A stretch of DNA of 64,000 nt from Callorhinchus milii (lineage: Eukaryota), in the NCBI RefSeq assembly GCF_018977255.1, contig NW_024704742.1:100504001-100568000 (forward strand). The letters are read 5' to 3'. The position numbers were made by a program, and so were the translations under genes. Below the pieces are notes generated by a model. That model had not been told where the DNA came from. It worked only from the letters and a program-made list of their open reading frames with translations, and searched no databases. Shown here in pieces: positions 10,434 through 25,300 of the stretch (within the stretch, counting starts at the first letter, position 1; each line of letters begins with the position of its first letter).

Positions 10434-12980
10434 CTGGAAAGGTCAAGGACAGGAATATCAGTATCCAGGAACAGTAAAATAATGCATCATATACTGGGCT
10501 AAAAAAATTTCAAGTACAATATTATTTTAGTTGTGCAACAATAAAAGTACATTGAACATAGGCACATTTTATCTCCAGTTCCATTTTTATTGATATGATA
10601 AAATATACCAATATTTTGTATATTTTGCCTTGATATTACCAATTAATCTGATCACAATACAAACTAAAGCAATAAGCAGCATCAATTATTCTGCTAATTT
10701 AATTTAACTTGATAATGACTTTAAGAATTATCTTTAACACCAAGACCAATTTTTCAATTTCTTCAAATCTCTGAAATATTTAGATACACAGTTAGGTCAT
10801 TTTTATTTTTTAAAAACACATCGTTTTGGATGTCCCACCAAATGTAATTGATATCTTGCTACTCCAAGATTTTTTTTTTTAAAAATCGCTCAATGAAATT
10901 TCAAAGCCACAATTACAAATATTCAAAAAAATCAAAAATATTGAAAAGGCATATTGTATTTTAAAATAACCAAAAATAAACTCTTCGTACTGATTTCTGC
11001 TTTTTTGGACAATTTCAAATGCTCCATATCCCTTTCAAAAGTCCCCACTAGAGTAATTCCAAGCCTTTGCTGCAGCTTTTCTCTATACTTTTCTGTTGTG
11101 TTTATTCTTTCTCTAGTAGATGAGTTAATGTAGGAGGATAAGCTTGGATTTAGTCTGATGCACCAAGACACAGGTAATACACGCTCAGAAAGCATGTACT
11201 AGTCAAAGTATGTTGATAGGAAATATCCTTCTATTAGATTATTAGATGACAGTTTTCAACTTGAAAAAAATAACTTAATTTTTACAGTGCTTTATCAAGG
11301 TAAACCTTTTAAAGCAAGCCACGGGTAATTATTGTTAAGAGTAGTGACTGTTGTTTGCCAGCAGACATTTGTGCCAGCAGGATGCAACAAACAGCAAATA
11401 ATCTGAGGATTGTTGGCCAGAACTCCTTTCTCTTTTGTATATGGAATTTTTAACCTATGCCTGAAGACCAGGCAGATATGACCACTGTTTAACAACTAAT
11501 CAAAAAGACAGGACCTGCAACATTGTAGCCCCCCTCTTCTCCATTGCAGAACTAAAGCTTTGGTAGATTCCCCCTTCCCCTCCTCCAAAATACTTACTAG
11601 ACAAAATACTAAGGAGATACCTTTATATTCTCTTTTGGCAACATTTACTTGTTAATTGGTTTCTAATTCAGAGACTAAAATTCTAAGGCTAGGAGATTAA
11701 AACGTTAATTGTTGGAAGGCAAACAATTACATCAAGAAAGAAAAATCTAGAGATGCTTTTGCTAAATATCCCCAGATTTTATAATAAATGATAGCACAAA
11801 TTACACATCTACAAGATGCCAAACATCTAGTCGGGTAATGTGTTTGCCTGCACCTTCAGCGACCTTAATAGCTTGTGGTTCTTGAGGGTGAATATGATGG
11901 CATATTTGTGAATATCTTGACTGTCAGAGTTGCTGAAATTAAAATGTATTCATAACTCTTTGAATTAAGCTGCAGCAATCTTTGCGTTCTACCATAAGCA
12001 TGGAGGTCTCCGATTTGAAAAATGCTACCTCTTGTAATGCTGCTTCAATAACATTATTACTGTATTTGCTTCAATATAAAAGCCTAAGAACATAGTAAAG
12101 TTAAAGTTAAAAGAAATGTAATAAAACAATCCTACAATATCTTACTTCTCTTACTGTTCAAATGAATTCTTGGCCACTTAGTTTCCAATTCTTTGTTGAA
12201 TTGGTTGACTCAATCTGTAATCTATTCGTCATATTCACCATGCTGAAAAATTAAACCAAAGTGCCTGTTCACATTACCTCTTCTGAGATTGATCTAAATG
12301 TTTGACTATGTTAAAAACAATTAAGGTTTTGATTCTCTAGGCCCTTTAAGTCTTGAATATTTCAACAAGATCTTGCTTGAGCCACCTATTTAGTGTGAAC
12401 ATTTACAGCTCTCTCTTTTTTGTCAGCCAAGTGGCTGACACATGCGGAAAAGTAACACCAAGCTTAAAAATACCCAAACCATACAGAGTTCCACATGTGT
12501 ACGCCACCTACACTGCATCCCTTCAATGCCAAAATGTCCTTATTGTAAAACTGGGACCAGTAGTCAGTACCCCAGTGGCTTGAAATTCTTTTTAAGACTG
12601 AATATAAGAATTTTCCTAACTTTTGGGTCACTACAAATTTCAAGACAACTGTCTAAAGGCTAAGGCATGAGAAATGTTAAAGATTTGTTATCACGGCCTG
12701 TGTGACTTATGCTCTATTTCTTTAACTATAGGTCTAAATGTCCTGTTTGCTTCAATGGAGGTACACATCATACTGATGGTTTCTGTCCAATCCACCTAAT
12801 TGAACCATAGGAGAGCCACACCTATCATACCAGCAAATGGATAGATTCAAAAATGTCAATTTTTAATAAAGAAAATACTGATAATATTGGTTGCAAATAA
12901 ACTCTAAACGGTAGCTGTAAGAAAGTAAATACAATTTATTAAATGAGTTGTGATCCTTGAAATTCTGATCAATGTCTTAC

Positions 12981-13013
12981 CTGAACTCTTGAGATTCATA
13001 GTCGTCAATGGAG
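12981..13013 (-). CDS. SNX24: Sorting nexin 24, exon 5 (33-nt microexon)
   Basis: ttttgttatAG / GTaaga boundaries. Reads (C)SIDDYESQEF(S); phase 2-2 joins exons 4 and 6 in frame; human equivalent is SFDETESEESS. Confidence 0.88.
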
Positions 13014-13509
13014 CTATAACAAAAATAATTATTCGAATGTATGATTTTATACACTGGAGTCCCATATAATACGGTAGGTAGTTAGGTAGTTACAGCACAA
13101 TGATGGGGTGCGATTGCTGATGAGCACTTCTACATTCACTGCTCATGAGCACATAAAGCCGGCTGGAAATAGCTAGCCAGTGGAAGCCCAAATGGCTAAC
13201 TTCTCGACCACTTCCTGCAACACCCAGGAAAAATGACATCAGCGGCAACCTGATGATCTGGAAGTCAGCCATTTGAAGCTAGTGTTTGAAGCACCAATGG
13301 AGCCAGCGTATGCATTTTAGATATTTGGGGTAAATATGTCTTAGGGTCCACACCCTGACATTATAATGAAGTGCCTTTTAATCATTAATAGTAATAATTA
13401 TTATATACCCTCTCCAATTCAAAATGTCTTTTGACAAGAGGACTGTCAATCCACCCCAACTCCAACCTCCCTTTCCTTTCCAAGGTCCTGGAATGAGTCA
13501 TAGCTTCCT

Positions 13510-13700
13510 AGCTTTGCTCCTTCCTCTCCTGGACTCCCTCTATGAACCCCTCCAAGTGGGTTTCCACAACACAGAAACAGCCTTGGTCAAAGTGATAAAA
13601 TGACATTCTGTCCATCTGTGACCAGGGCTCCCTCTGTCTCCTCATCCTCCTTGACCTCTTTGCTGCCTTTGACAGTTCAACCACTCTATCCCTCTCCACC
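13510..13700 (+). mobile_element. L2 LINE reverse transcriptase fragment
   Basis: Encodes HNTETALVKV... and LILLDLFAAFDS, matching L2 RT motifs HSTETAL and LDLSAAFD. Confidence 0.7.
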
Positions 13701-15299
13701 GCCAAAATAGCAAGAGCAAGCCAAACTGAATATTTATAGCCAAGGAGCATAACTGGTGATTTCTACTGCTCCACCCTGCTCCTTTTTCTATGAAGACAAT
13801 TATTAAATCCCCACGCAGAAGAAAAAAAGGCAAAATGCTTACCCACAGTGGGCCGTGCTCTCAAACATTTATGTCAATCACACCCATTGTAAAATAGAGA
13901 CTAAGAAATTATAGTCACATCTAATCGGAAGTAACTAAGAAGTGGTTTATTTGCTTTTTCTTTAGATCACTCCCACTACCCATCAGGATTGATTCTCTGT
14001 CTTTGAGTTGGGAGGCAGGGGAAGAGGGACTATGAATGATTTGATCCATCAGAACCAAGTAATTGTGTTCCAATCACTGCCAATAATCAGAGGTTTATTC
14101 CCAAGTCTTGTTTCATTTCATTTTAAATTATTTTCATTTTACGAAGCTCTTTGAGATGTTCACTTATGCGAAAGACGCAAAAATGAATGAAAGGTCTTAA
14201 TGTAAAGTAACTAGAAATACCATTGGAAAAGGGAATGAAGCCAAAGTGGGATATAAACATTAGCTAGGAGACATTTTACTGCCTTCAGCTGAGATGATGA
14301 ATGAACCCATCTTGTCATAGCGCTGGTCAAAAACTTCAACAGCAGTACATCAAGATAGACATTCCACTCCATTTAGAAATACTGAGTGTAAAACTTGCAG
14401 CGTCCAATCCTTCCTACAGTCACTAGCCGGTGCACACGTTTTACTGCACAGTTGGTGCCAATTTGATGCGATTTTCTCAAACTGAACTAACACAATCCAC
14501 TGTAGTATAACTACAGGTTCAGCTGCCCAGCACCAGAATCATGCAAGTGCCATGTGGGAGCCCCTCTTGGCAGGTATTTCACACCAATCTCACTTTATGT
14601 CTGACAGCCTGAGGAACAGATACAACCTCAAGCTACTTCCTCCCTTCTGATCAGTCTATCTTCTGCCCCCTCTCTCTCCTTCTAGCTGCACAAGTTGCAA
14701 AATCTGTTAGTAAATATAGTGAGGTGATACTGAAGAGAATATAGTGTCAGAGTTGAAAAAGCCACCTCTCTTCACCCTCCCCTCCCCACTCCCCAATAGG
14801 GACACAAATGACAAATGAGTTTTCTTACCTCAATGTCACAGTCCTCCCATCTCCTATGCTGTTCGATCCACCAAGTGGATTTTCCTTCCTCATCCCATTC
14901 CCCAGCGGGAAGGGTTTGTATTTTTTAAACAAAGGGATTACCCTTTCCCTTGCAATGGGATGGGGAGGTTTACCCTCCTATTTTCCTACTTTCAGGTAAT
15001 CTCTCCAGCTTCTGTAGCTTCTCTTACACCGCTATCCCGTGTAGTGCTCCTTATTCTTCCAGAGCACTTCAGATTGATCTATGGATATGGGGATAATTGA
15101 TGTCTAAATGTCTGTACCTTGAATGCTCATTGTTAATTGTTAAAGAGGTTTAACTCTTATCTTGTTTGGATTTGAAATTTGATAACAGCTTGGCATTGAT
15201 TGGCTTTTCTGCCACGTGCGCTTGCCAATGTTTCACTTTTCCAAGATATCTACGAACAAATAAGGGGGAAAATACGTCTTACTGTGCTTTTTAACAAAA

Positions 15300-15670
15300 A
15301 CAATAATCCTTGCATGTGATATTACATGTCTTACTGTGAAACATTTCAAAGTGCTTCATACTAGTTATTGAAGTGTAATGACTGTATTTGTAGGTGAATG
15401 CAGTTGACAATTTGGATACAGCAATGTCCCACAAATAGGCCAGGAGGTGAATAACAAATTTAAATGGATGACTGACTGGGAAGAAATTCAATTTTCTTTT
15501 CAAATAGTGATATGGGTTCTTTAATGTCCACCTGAACCAGCACCTTCAACAATATAGCTCTCCCCAGCACTGCACTTGGAATGTTAGCCTAGATTATGAG
15601 CTGAAAGACCCCTCGCAGGAACTGAACCCACAATGTTTGACCCAAAAGTGAGAGTGCAACCAATTGAGCT
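15300..15670 (-). mobile_element. Degraded DeuSINE-like element
   Basis: ctttaatgtccacctgaac and gcaatgtcccacaaata match the Deu-domain copies at 32.6 kb and 51.6 kb. Confidence 0.6.
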
Positions 15671-15719
15671 ACATTCTATAAATAAATGAGTTTTAAACTA
15701 AAACAAATGGTCAACTTAC

Positions 15720-15814
15720 CAACAACTTTCCACTTTTGGTAAAGACGGAAGATGACGAATGTTAAGAAAATCTAGATATATCTTCGGTAGTTCTTCATTC
15801 TCCATCAGAATGGT
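15720..15814 (-). CDS. SNX24: Sorting nexin 24, exon 4
   Basis: ttttgacAG / GTaagt boundaries, 95 nt. Reads TILMENEELPKIYLDFLNIRHLPSLPKVESC, the end of the PX domain. Confidence 0.95.
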
Positions 15815-16016
15815 CTGTCAAAAAACATGGATAAGATAGCAACCTTGATTCAAAACATATTGGTGTACAACCCACAGCATACTTCACTCAAGTTTTACCC
15901 CAATGACCACACTTTTGGTCAAATTTCTCTTTCCCCACCTCTCACACTCAGCCGGCGTGCCCAACCAGCAGTGCCAACTACCTTGAGATTTCCTCCCGAC
16001 TTGAAAGGTACTATAT

Positions 16017-16560
16017 AACAACAAAATTACATTTATAGAGCACCTTTCACATCAGGAGGATGTCCCAAAGCGCTGAACAGTCAGATGTCGGGGCCCGAGC
16101 ATGGGGGGGGTGGGGGGTGGGGGGGTGGTGTAGGGGTGAGGGAAGGCAGAGGTAGGAGGGAGACCAAAGGCACGGTCGAAGAGAAGGGTCTTGAGACCAG
16201 TCTTGAAGGAGGCAAGGGAGGAAGCGAGGTGAAGGGACCGTAGGATGGAGTTCCAGAGTGTGGGGGCAGAGAGACTGAAAGCCCGGCCACCGATGGTAGG
16301 GTGGGTCGGGCGGGAGACATGGAGCAGACCAGAGCCCAATGAACGGAGAGTGCGGGCAGGTTGGTAGGGAGTCAGCAGGTCAGAGAGGTAGGAGGGGGCA
16401 AGGCCATGCATGGCCTTAAAGGTGAGGACGAGGATCTTGAACTCGATCCTCTGGGGGATGGGGAGCCAGTGAAGTCGGGCGAGGGTGGGAGTGATGGGGT
16501 CACGGAGTCTGGTGCGTGAGAGGTCACGAGCTGCAGAATTTGGGATGATCTGCAGCTTGA
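16017..16560 (-). mobile_element. Relatively young L2 LINE 3' end
   Basis: ORF 16052-16411 (HGLAPSYLSDLLTPYQPARTLRS...IGGRAFSLSAPTLWNS...SFKTGLKTLLF) is a classic L2 ORF2 C-terminus. Has a stem-loop tail and (TTG)n end; CpGs are retained. Confidence 0.92.
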
Positions 16561-18059
16561 TATATTTATAACATGGGGGACTCTGTTGTTATATTTTCAC
16601 GCAGTGACATTAAACATTCTGAACCCAAAAGAGAATAAAAAGGGTTACTGAGAGAAAAAAGTTAAAACAAAAATACAAGCTTCAAATACAAAACAAGTAA
16701 CAACATGAGCAAATTAACAATTCTATGTTATTGGGACTTCAAACTAACATGACTGTGGGGAACAGCAGAAACCTTGAAATTGAAATAAATTATAAACTTT
16801 TTGGACTAATCCCAATTATTGCAATAAACTTTTAAGACTTGGTTTAACTTCATATAAAGATTGTTGCTTTGGCGCTGATGTGGATAGTTGCTGAAGATGG
16901 TATGATGGAAGCAGCCTGACTCAAGGAAATGGTGTTGCTGTAAAACAAGTTGTAGAGTTAGATATTTCAGTATTTGTGAATCAAATGATTTCTCTTGTCT
17001 CACCCCCAAAACAATTTAGATTCAGTATATTTTGTAAAGATTACACTACACAGTCACTACACTTGACAGTGAATCCTGTGAAGTGCTTTGAGACTTCTTC
17101 TAGACATGAAAGGGACTATGACTATAATATATTTGGGGATTCAGAATCAGAGTGTCACAGCATTGAATCAGACCCATTCCCTCCCCCGCTCCACCCACCC
17201 CCCATGTGAATCTATCTAATACCACTCTCCATGCTCACTTCCCATATCCTTTAATATATTCTCTTTTGAGAAAATCTATCACCATCACCACCATAAATAT
17301 TTTGTAACAGAATGTATTCTCAGCAGTTGTTGAATATAAATGTGATTGCTAATCATCCACATGAATCCAAGGCTAGGCAGATTTTAAGGTGTAGATATGT
17401 CCTCAAGCCTACACAAAGCCCCAATTAGTTGGGTGGCAAGTACCATGCTCTAAGATTACTATAATGCAACTATGTCACCTTAGAAAATGTATGTTTGTAG
17501 GGGGCGGTTGAAAGTTTTGGGTTATACATTGCTGAACTGATTGTGACTATTACTTTGGGCCTGAAATTCTCTACCAAATTCATTGACAATTTCGCTAAAA
17601 GGATTTCAAAGGGCAAAGAAGGATGATTTGTAGCTGGTGTTTTGTTTTCTCACCTTTTGACAGACTTTCTAACTGGTGAAGATGCCTGAGAGCAAAATAA
17701 GCTGTGATCGCAATCTCCACCAGTGGTTTACTTTCAGACCATTTGGTGGTTGAGAGAAGTTCAGGAAAAAGGTCAGAAAGCAAAATGTTGTCTGCAAGTC
17801 AGCATTTTAGACCTTTTTTTAAAAAAAAGCGATTTGGAAGCAATTTCAGGTGCAAAACAAAGTGACTACCAGTTAGCGAATGTCACAGTTGCAACTCTAA
17901 TGCTGTATTTCAAGTTGCAGGTATTAAGCCATTTTGTCCAGTGTGCAACAGTAAAGCAAATTAATTTGCCTTCGGGGTGAGAATTTTGCAAAGTGCACAG
18001 CCACATCATGCATTCTCAGAGGTTACTAAAGAACATTTTCTTCCAATATATATACTATA

Positions 18060-18570
18060 GTCCTTTGTCCACTCTTTGATCACCTCCCAACTCAACTATT
18101 CCAATGTCCCCCTCGCCAGTCTCCACAGCTCCACTATTCACAAAATCCAACTAATTCAAAACTCCTCTGCCCTTATGTTCACCCGCTCTAAACTCTGTAC
18201 CCCATCACAGTCCTCGAAAGGCTCCACTGGCTCCAAATTTCAGAACGGAATGACTTTGAGATCCTCACACTCATCTGTAAAACCCTTCAAGCCCTAAAAT
18301 TTTCCTACCTCTCTGACCTGCTTATTCCCCACTCCATCACCTGTTGTCTCCACTCAGCAGCCATGCTTTCAGCCACTACGCCCTGAAACATTGGAACTCT
18401 CTCCCTCAATCCCTCTGCCTTATCTCCTCCTTCCCCACTTTCAGATCATGCCTGAATATCTTCCCCTTCAACTGGGCTTACGGTCACCTACTCCCCAACT
18501 CTGCCACTGTTAAGCAGTCTGAGCCTATCCTGTGCGAAGGGCACTATATAAATGCAAGTTGTTGTTGTCT
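18060..18570 (+). mobile_element. L2 LINE 3' fragment
   Basis: Peptides ITSQLNYSNVPLA...KIQLIQNSSA and HAFSHYALKHWNSLP; tail gcactatataaatgcaagttgttgttg. Confidence 0.8.
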
Positions 18571-20250
18571 TCATGTCCAATAGGCCATAACTCTTTACAT
18601 GGCAGTAAATTGGTGTGAAAATAACCGAAACAGAATATTCCAGCCACGTTTTACTTTCTGTAATGTGCTCAATTGCAAATGCATCCTCTAATAAATAGCT
18701 ATAAAATCAGAGTTTTTTTTTCTCTCCCTCCTTTGGGAAGGAGACAAAAAAGTAATATCAATAAAACTAAGGAATTTTTTCTTCTTGTGTTTGGCGGAGG
18801 GAGTGGCGGGGTTATTTTCCAGGGTGCTACCTAACCTCATCCATCATGGCAACAACAAAGAGAAAGTCTAGTGAGTGCGTTCAGGGATTTGCTTTGGGTT
18901 ATTAATGCAGGATTTAAGGAATGTTAACAAGGTGGGCTGTTTGTTAAGCTTGACAGATCAGCTTACAATGCACCAGTCACACACTCAGTCTATACACTAA
19001 TGACAATGAGCTGGCATAAGAACTGCTGTTCTACGCCTAACACAATATTGGAAAAATCCTCAGGGCTGCCACCTCTTTTGTATACTTGGCAAGGCAATGG
19101 TACTGACGAGTATTTCAGATTTGTACATGGGGAAATGACGATCTGTGAGTTTACTCTACATCAATATCCAAGTTTCCCTCGACCTGCGCAGCCTCATTAG
19201 TGTTGAAGTAAATAACCTTATGTTAAACCCTTCCTCCTACGGTGAGATCTGGATGATGTGCTACCGTAACTACAGTGCATATTATTTGGCAGTACAATTT
19301 GCCCTTGACATAGGTCAAACTAATGTTAATGTTAATCTACAGGTCAAACAGTTTTATTTTGTTCTGCCAAATACTGTATTGTATACAGCATAAGGTGATG
19401 CCTTATTATATAGTGAGTAAGCAACTTATAGTATATTCAGAGAAATCAAAATCAAAATCTAGCTGCAAAACATTCAGTTTAGTCCACGTGGGAGAATTGT
19501 GAAATTGCATGCATGAGGTTGCTAAGGATGTTATTTCCCTTCACAGTGTGGGTCAATAGCATCTTTAATAACATTGCGTACATCTACACAATTTATGCAC
19601 AAGCATGCAACTGGATTCATTTGCTGGCCACACAAAGAGAGAAAGAGAAGAGAGAGACTCGGAAAGAGAGAGAGAAAGGGAAAGTGTATAAGACAAAGAG
19701 TGAAAGAGAGGGAGAGAGAGAGAGAGAGGAAAGATCTGACACAATGTGATGTTACAACAGCCATGGAGAAAACTTCATTCTAAAATTTCAAAAACACTAT
19801 TATTTGAATAATCGTAATCTAGCGCAATATTCTAAAGCTACACAGAAGATGTTTTTGCTCCTCGATATTTGCTATACTACATTTGTATTTTTTTCCCCTC
19901 AAATATAATTATGGAAATGGGGAGGTCATCCCTTATATTCAGATCAATATGGGAACATGAGGCTAAAATGCGAGTTGGCTAACCATAGTGAAATTATCAG
20001 TTGTTCGTAATTATCTAGTGAACCACCGATGAACTGAAATAATTATAGTTGTTTCTGTAACTTTTTCATGGGTTAATTATGTATGTACAGGCACCTACAT
20101 GCCTGAGCATGGCTAGCTCAGGACTACGAGCACAACTCAGACGATTTTATAGTTAATTTCCTGATTCTGCTTCTGTTTATCAAATTTTTCAATCTTCACC
20201 TGAAGTGCTGAACTGAATCAGTACGTCATCATTTCCTGATGTAGACTCAT

Positions 20251-20595
20251 CCAATGGCTCAGCAAGCTTACCGAGTGAGTGTCTGAGCTACACAGACAGG
20301 GATGGTCAAAGGCTTGAGGCCCAGCTTCTGCTGAGTTTGCTCATTTCAACCAGAACAACCCCAAGCGGTGCTACAATTATGTTGAGGAAATCAGCCAGCA
20401 TGCCTGCTCCTGACTGCTGCCAACTAGTTCCACCTGCATGTACATGGGTGTCATGTGAAGCTAGGATTAGACTCATCTATGATACGTCTCCTCCCCTTCA
20501 AATATCCTGCCGACACTCACTATCACGGCTCGCGCATGAAGAATAGCCACTTGGGTAAAGTACCAGAGGGTGCCTAGCACTACTCCCAGCAGCAG
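20251..20595 (+). mobile_element. Old SINE-like repeat of a second family (related copies at ~24450-24645 and ~25820-25935 on -)
   Basis: tRNA-like start (tggctcagc). The segment catgaagaatagccacttggg recurs reverse-complemented at 25842-25863, and cctgctcctgactgctg recurs at ~24460-24490. Confidence 0.5.
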
Positions 20596-21614
20596 GAAAA
20601 AAGGAGTCAAACATCGTCAGCAGAGATAGGGGCGCAGAACAGAAAAAATAAGCAAAATGAAACATGTTTGAAAAACAGTGAGGAAGTAATGAATATAAAA
20701 ATACAGGAAACGTCACAATGGAAAACCAAGTAAAAAGAAAATACAACAGGACTTGGGTAGTGCTCTGCAAAATGCACCATCTCAGCAATCCTGCACAGAA
20801 GGCAAAGGAGACCAAACATGAAGAGTACAGTCTCTTGCAATATTGATTTGTAACTCTTCCCCCGTTTCTCACCACCACAAACTGAAAATATTGATTTTTT
20901 TCTCTCTTGGTAGGGTCACTAAAAGCCTCAAATTTTTAAGAATCTCCTTTTTAATGCTGGCCTCCCTGTGGAAGTTGCTGATTACTTCCACATGTCCCCT
21001 CACTGACATTCCCTACACCTAATTGTCAGTTTTCTTTTCTGTTCACTGAGTAAAATGCAGTCACCACATTACAGGGGGGACTTGTTCTGCCTTAACCTCA
21101 GCTAGATGCCATCATGCAAGGGAAAATCTGTTAAAATATCACAGGATAACTCCGTCCGACAAGGGAGAGGCATAAACAGCGTAATGATTTCCCCCGAGTT
21201 TCACTGCTAGAGAATTGTCACTAAAGTCAACATAAATGGTGACAGATCTTCACTGAGGACACTGGGAAATCGAATCTTGGCATTATATTTAGGCTCAGGC
21301 CTTCTCGTCAGCCAATTATAAGACTAACCTTCTTCCTGAAAACTTGGACAAGACAACGCCACTAATCTTCTGAGGATATAAAAAGTAAATCAGCATTTTC
21401 ACATTGAAACTTTGGGGTATAAAATAGTCTGCAGTGAAATATTTGTACTGTATGTCTATTAGTCATTTGAAAAATCTTCCCATTTGTAGAAATAGAATAG
21501 AAACCATGTGTGATGGAGAGACCACCTTCCTCAGCCAGGCTTGCTTCCAGCTTGCTCTACCTCACTGCTCTAGGTAACAAATAATCCCTTGTAAAAAATA
21601 AATAAAATAACATT

Positions 21615-21925
21615 AATTTGGTCACAATCTCCAACTGTTTGTGGGACACTGCTGTGCGTAATTAGCAGCTGTGTTTCGCCTACAAAACATACAGTCACTT
21701 TACAGTATATTAATAATCCTTACATTTGATATAGCGCTTTTCACATCTTCTAGACGTCTCAAAAGCGCTTCACAGAACATGCTGTAAAGTGAATTGACTG
21801 TATATTTGTGGGCGAAATGCGGCAGCCAATTGCACACAGCATTGTGAGTGTCCCACAAACTGTCATGGATTGAAAATGACCAATTTTATTATTGTTTTTT
21901 GTTTGGAGGGATTATTGTTGAGTAA
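21615..21925. mobile_element. Two partial SINE bodies joined tail-to-tail (+ 21615-21710, - 21710-21925)
   Basis: gtttgtgggacactgctgtgcg on + is followed by its reverse complement gtcccacaaactgtcatgg. Confidence 0.7.
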
Positions 21926-22028
21926 GAAATATAGTAAGAAATCATGATGTGCAAAAGTCATGCCCAGTCTCAGAAGCACCTTACATGGAAAAATAGTTTT
22001 GTTTGAGTTTCTGCTTCATAATAATAAA

Positions 22029-22383
22029 CAATAATAATAATCTTTGCATTTGATATAGCGCCTTATCACGTCTTCGAGACATCTCAAAGCACTTCATAGA
22101 ATATACTGTAAAGTGAACTGACTGCATATTTTGTGGGCGAAATTGCACACAGCAATAAACAGACGTGGATTAAGTGACCAATTTATTATTATTATTTTTT
22201 GAAGGAATTATTACCCCCGGAAAAGTGATCTGCCAATTGACTAATAACTGGGTTCCTAGTTACTACTAGGTAAACAGAGGCATGTAGAGTAAGGAAACTT
22301 GACCGACATTTCGCCTTGCTTAGAATCGAACACAGCTCTCTTGATTGCAGGGGAGTGCTCTAACCACTGAGCTACAGGACTCC
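22029..22383 (-). mobile_element. Full-length tRNA-derived SINE, long form
   Basis: Head ctaaccactgagctacaggactcc (reverse complement), central segment and (AAT)n tail. A further Deu-type tail follows at 22390-22560. Confidence 0.88.
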
Positions 22384-25300
22384 AATAATTAATGATCCTT
22401 GCATTTGTTATAGTACTTTATCATGTTGTCAAAACGTCTCAAAGCGCTTCACAGGATTTATTGTAAAATGTGGAGACTGTGTATTTGTAGACCGCAGCGG
22501 CAGTCAATTGCACTCAGCAACGTCCAACAAACAGCCATGAAGTGGTGGACCAATTTTATCTGGGGGAATCAACTCCCTTCATCTTAATCCCAAGAACAAA
22601 TGTGATGGTTTCTCATTTTTGTTTGTGTGAATTTAAATAATTACTGAAAAATATGGATTAACAACAACAGCAACAACTTGCATTTATATAGCTCCCTTCA
22701 TCTGGGGTAGTGTTCCCGTGTGAAGGACGTGATGGATTAAGAAAGTATCAGATATCCTGAAATTACACACGTTTTTAAGATTTATGAATGTGCTGAATTT
22801 TGGAAAATTCTTAAACTCAGACTTAATTTGGAAACAGTCTTCTAAATTTCTGTCTTAACTTCAACTAAAATAAACAATGACTGAAATTCCACACAAACGT
22901 AAAATTTAAGATAATAGTCTTCAGCCTAAGCCATGAGAAATGTTAGGCTTCCATTTTTCACTTAAACCAAATGGGAGGTCACATCTCCCTATTCAGATCG
23001 ATGTTACAAAAATCCCTTTGCACTATTTCAAAAAAGGGAGTTTACCTTCTTCCAGTGTCCAGGCTAACAATCCCCCAAATAAAAATGGAACATTTACTGC
23101 ATGGCTATTTATGGGACATTGCGATGTACAAATTGGCTGCTTTGTTCACCTACAAATGCACAGTCACTACACTCTACAGCAAAATCCTGTGAAGCCCTTT
23201 GAGATTGTTCAACGATAAATCACTAAATCAAATACGATGATTATTTAAGTGGGCCACATTTTTTCTTTGACCGCTGTAGTAAAAAAATTAGTACTACATC
23301 ACTGCTTTCACCAGACAGAAAGAGTTGGCGATCTACAGAGCTAACCTTACAACTCCAGATTTATTTAATTGCATTTACAGGACTGCATTTAAAAATAAAT
23401 GTGGAAACAGAATCGATCTTAAAATCAGAATTTCAACTTCATCTTTCCATGTTAAAACAGACCACTAAATATATACTGAAATATTAGTTTTCAAATAGCA
23501 AACCTGCTGCCAGTCTCCTTCATGGAAATTAACAATCACCTCGCTCCCAATCACCCAGAACAAAAAATACTATGCTGCATTGTACATACCCATCTGTGTA
23601 ACCTGCTTGTATCAGTTGCACATCTGTTTTAGGATTTTACTTTAATTATGCTTTATTGCTGCAAAACATAATCTATGGGCAGCATTTCAGTTGAAACATG
23701 GCCTCAAGCAGATCTGGGAAATTAACCAATGTTAAAAATTACAAGCCCTAAAAAGGGTTGCAGCACTCGCAGGTTGAGTTATTGCATTGTTTCCCATCAT
23801 CATTTCTGTCACTCTGAAATCTCCGTCACACTGAAGAACATAGTTCAACTATGCAATAAGTTTCTTCGATTTTTGTCCCAGTGATATTTTCTTCATATCA
23901 AAGGCTAGAGGTCAGAGAATGCTCCAGAGAGCCTTCCTGACATTCCCATTGAAACTAATTACTCTAAACATGAGGTGCCCGGCTCCAAGACAGAACAGAA
24001 TACTGCAGTTAGTGTTGGGAATTCAATGTTCTCAGGGTTAATGCACTCGTTCCTATGCAGCTTCTTTAAACTTTGAAGCCTACAAATGTACTAATTGCAT
24101 CATTTGCAAACAAAAAATGATTCCCCACAATCTGTTGTGGAAGACAAGATCTGAACACCCATTTCTATTACAGCGGATGGAATTGATGTGAAATCATATA
24201 TTAATAGTATATAATGAAAAGTGCAGAACAATTAACTGTCAAATACATATTATGGGGGGGAAAAGAAAACTGCACATTTTCCCATGATACTGTAATATCA
24301 AATGGGAGTTTAAAAAAACACATTGCAGCACAGAATAGTGTACATATGGTTACAAATTATGACCTTACGCCAGGTTTCAGCAACTGCAGAGGGTACAGCA
24401 GCTGCGCCCAATCCTGTTGTCATCTAATGCATGTACTACGTACTTCCTAGTGAGGGGATCACTGGATAGTGCTCAGAAGCAGTAATCCTGCTTTTTCCAG
24501 GATTCTTTTTCCACTGCCTAGTCCAGGGGGCTAACGCCAATCGTAATATCTGTGATTGCAGCAATTGAGGGCACTAGGATCAGTATTGGGTATATCAGCA
24601 GACTGGGATTGGAACTGGGTGACCTTCTGTCCTACATGGCTTACTGTGGTGGGGAAGCATTGTTGTAGGTGCCATGCTTTTAGATGAGACATTAAACTGT
24701 TTGCCTGTTCAGATGGATGTTAAATAATAATAATAATATAATATATAATAAAGATCCCATAGCACTATTCAAAAAGGGGTGTTTCTCCTGGTGTCCTGGC
24801 CAACAATTCCCCCAAATAAAATTGATCATTCACTTCACAGCAGTTTGTGATTCATTAAAGTGTGCAAATTGGCTGCCCATTAAATACACAACTACTTTTA
24901 CAATCGATCCTGTGAAGCACTTTGAATAGGTCTTGATGATGTGATATCAAATGTAAAGATTAGTTTATTTTTTTATCATCCACTAGGTCCAACAGTGGTG
25001 CGAAAAATTCCTTTAAAATAAAATAATTCAAAAGGTTTCAAATCAACTGGCCACACTTGCTATTTGTGATTGAGGGAAGCTCAGACAGCACATATTTGAA
25101 GAAATATCTAGGCCTTCCTATTTAAAGAAACACTGCTTCAGAAAAGAAGGGTCAGAGACACAAGGAGAGGCCTGGCCGATGATACCCCCCCCACACACCC
25201 CACCACGGATAGGAACAAGCGCCTGGAATGAGCATGCTCAGCTGCATGCTGTTCCACAACTGCGGGAGGAAATCAATACCAGCTGAATGCCATCTGCTTG

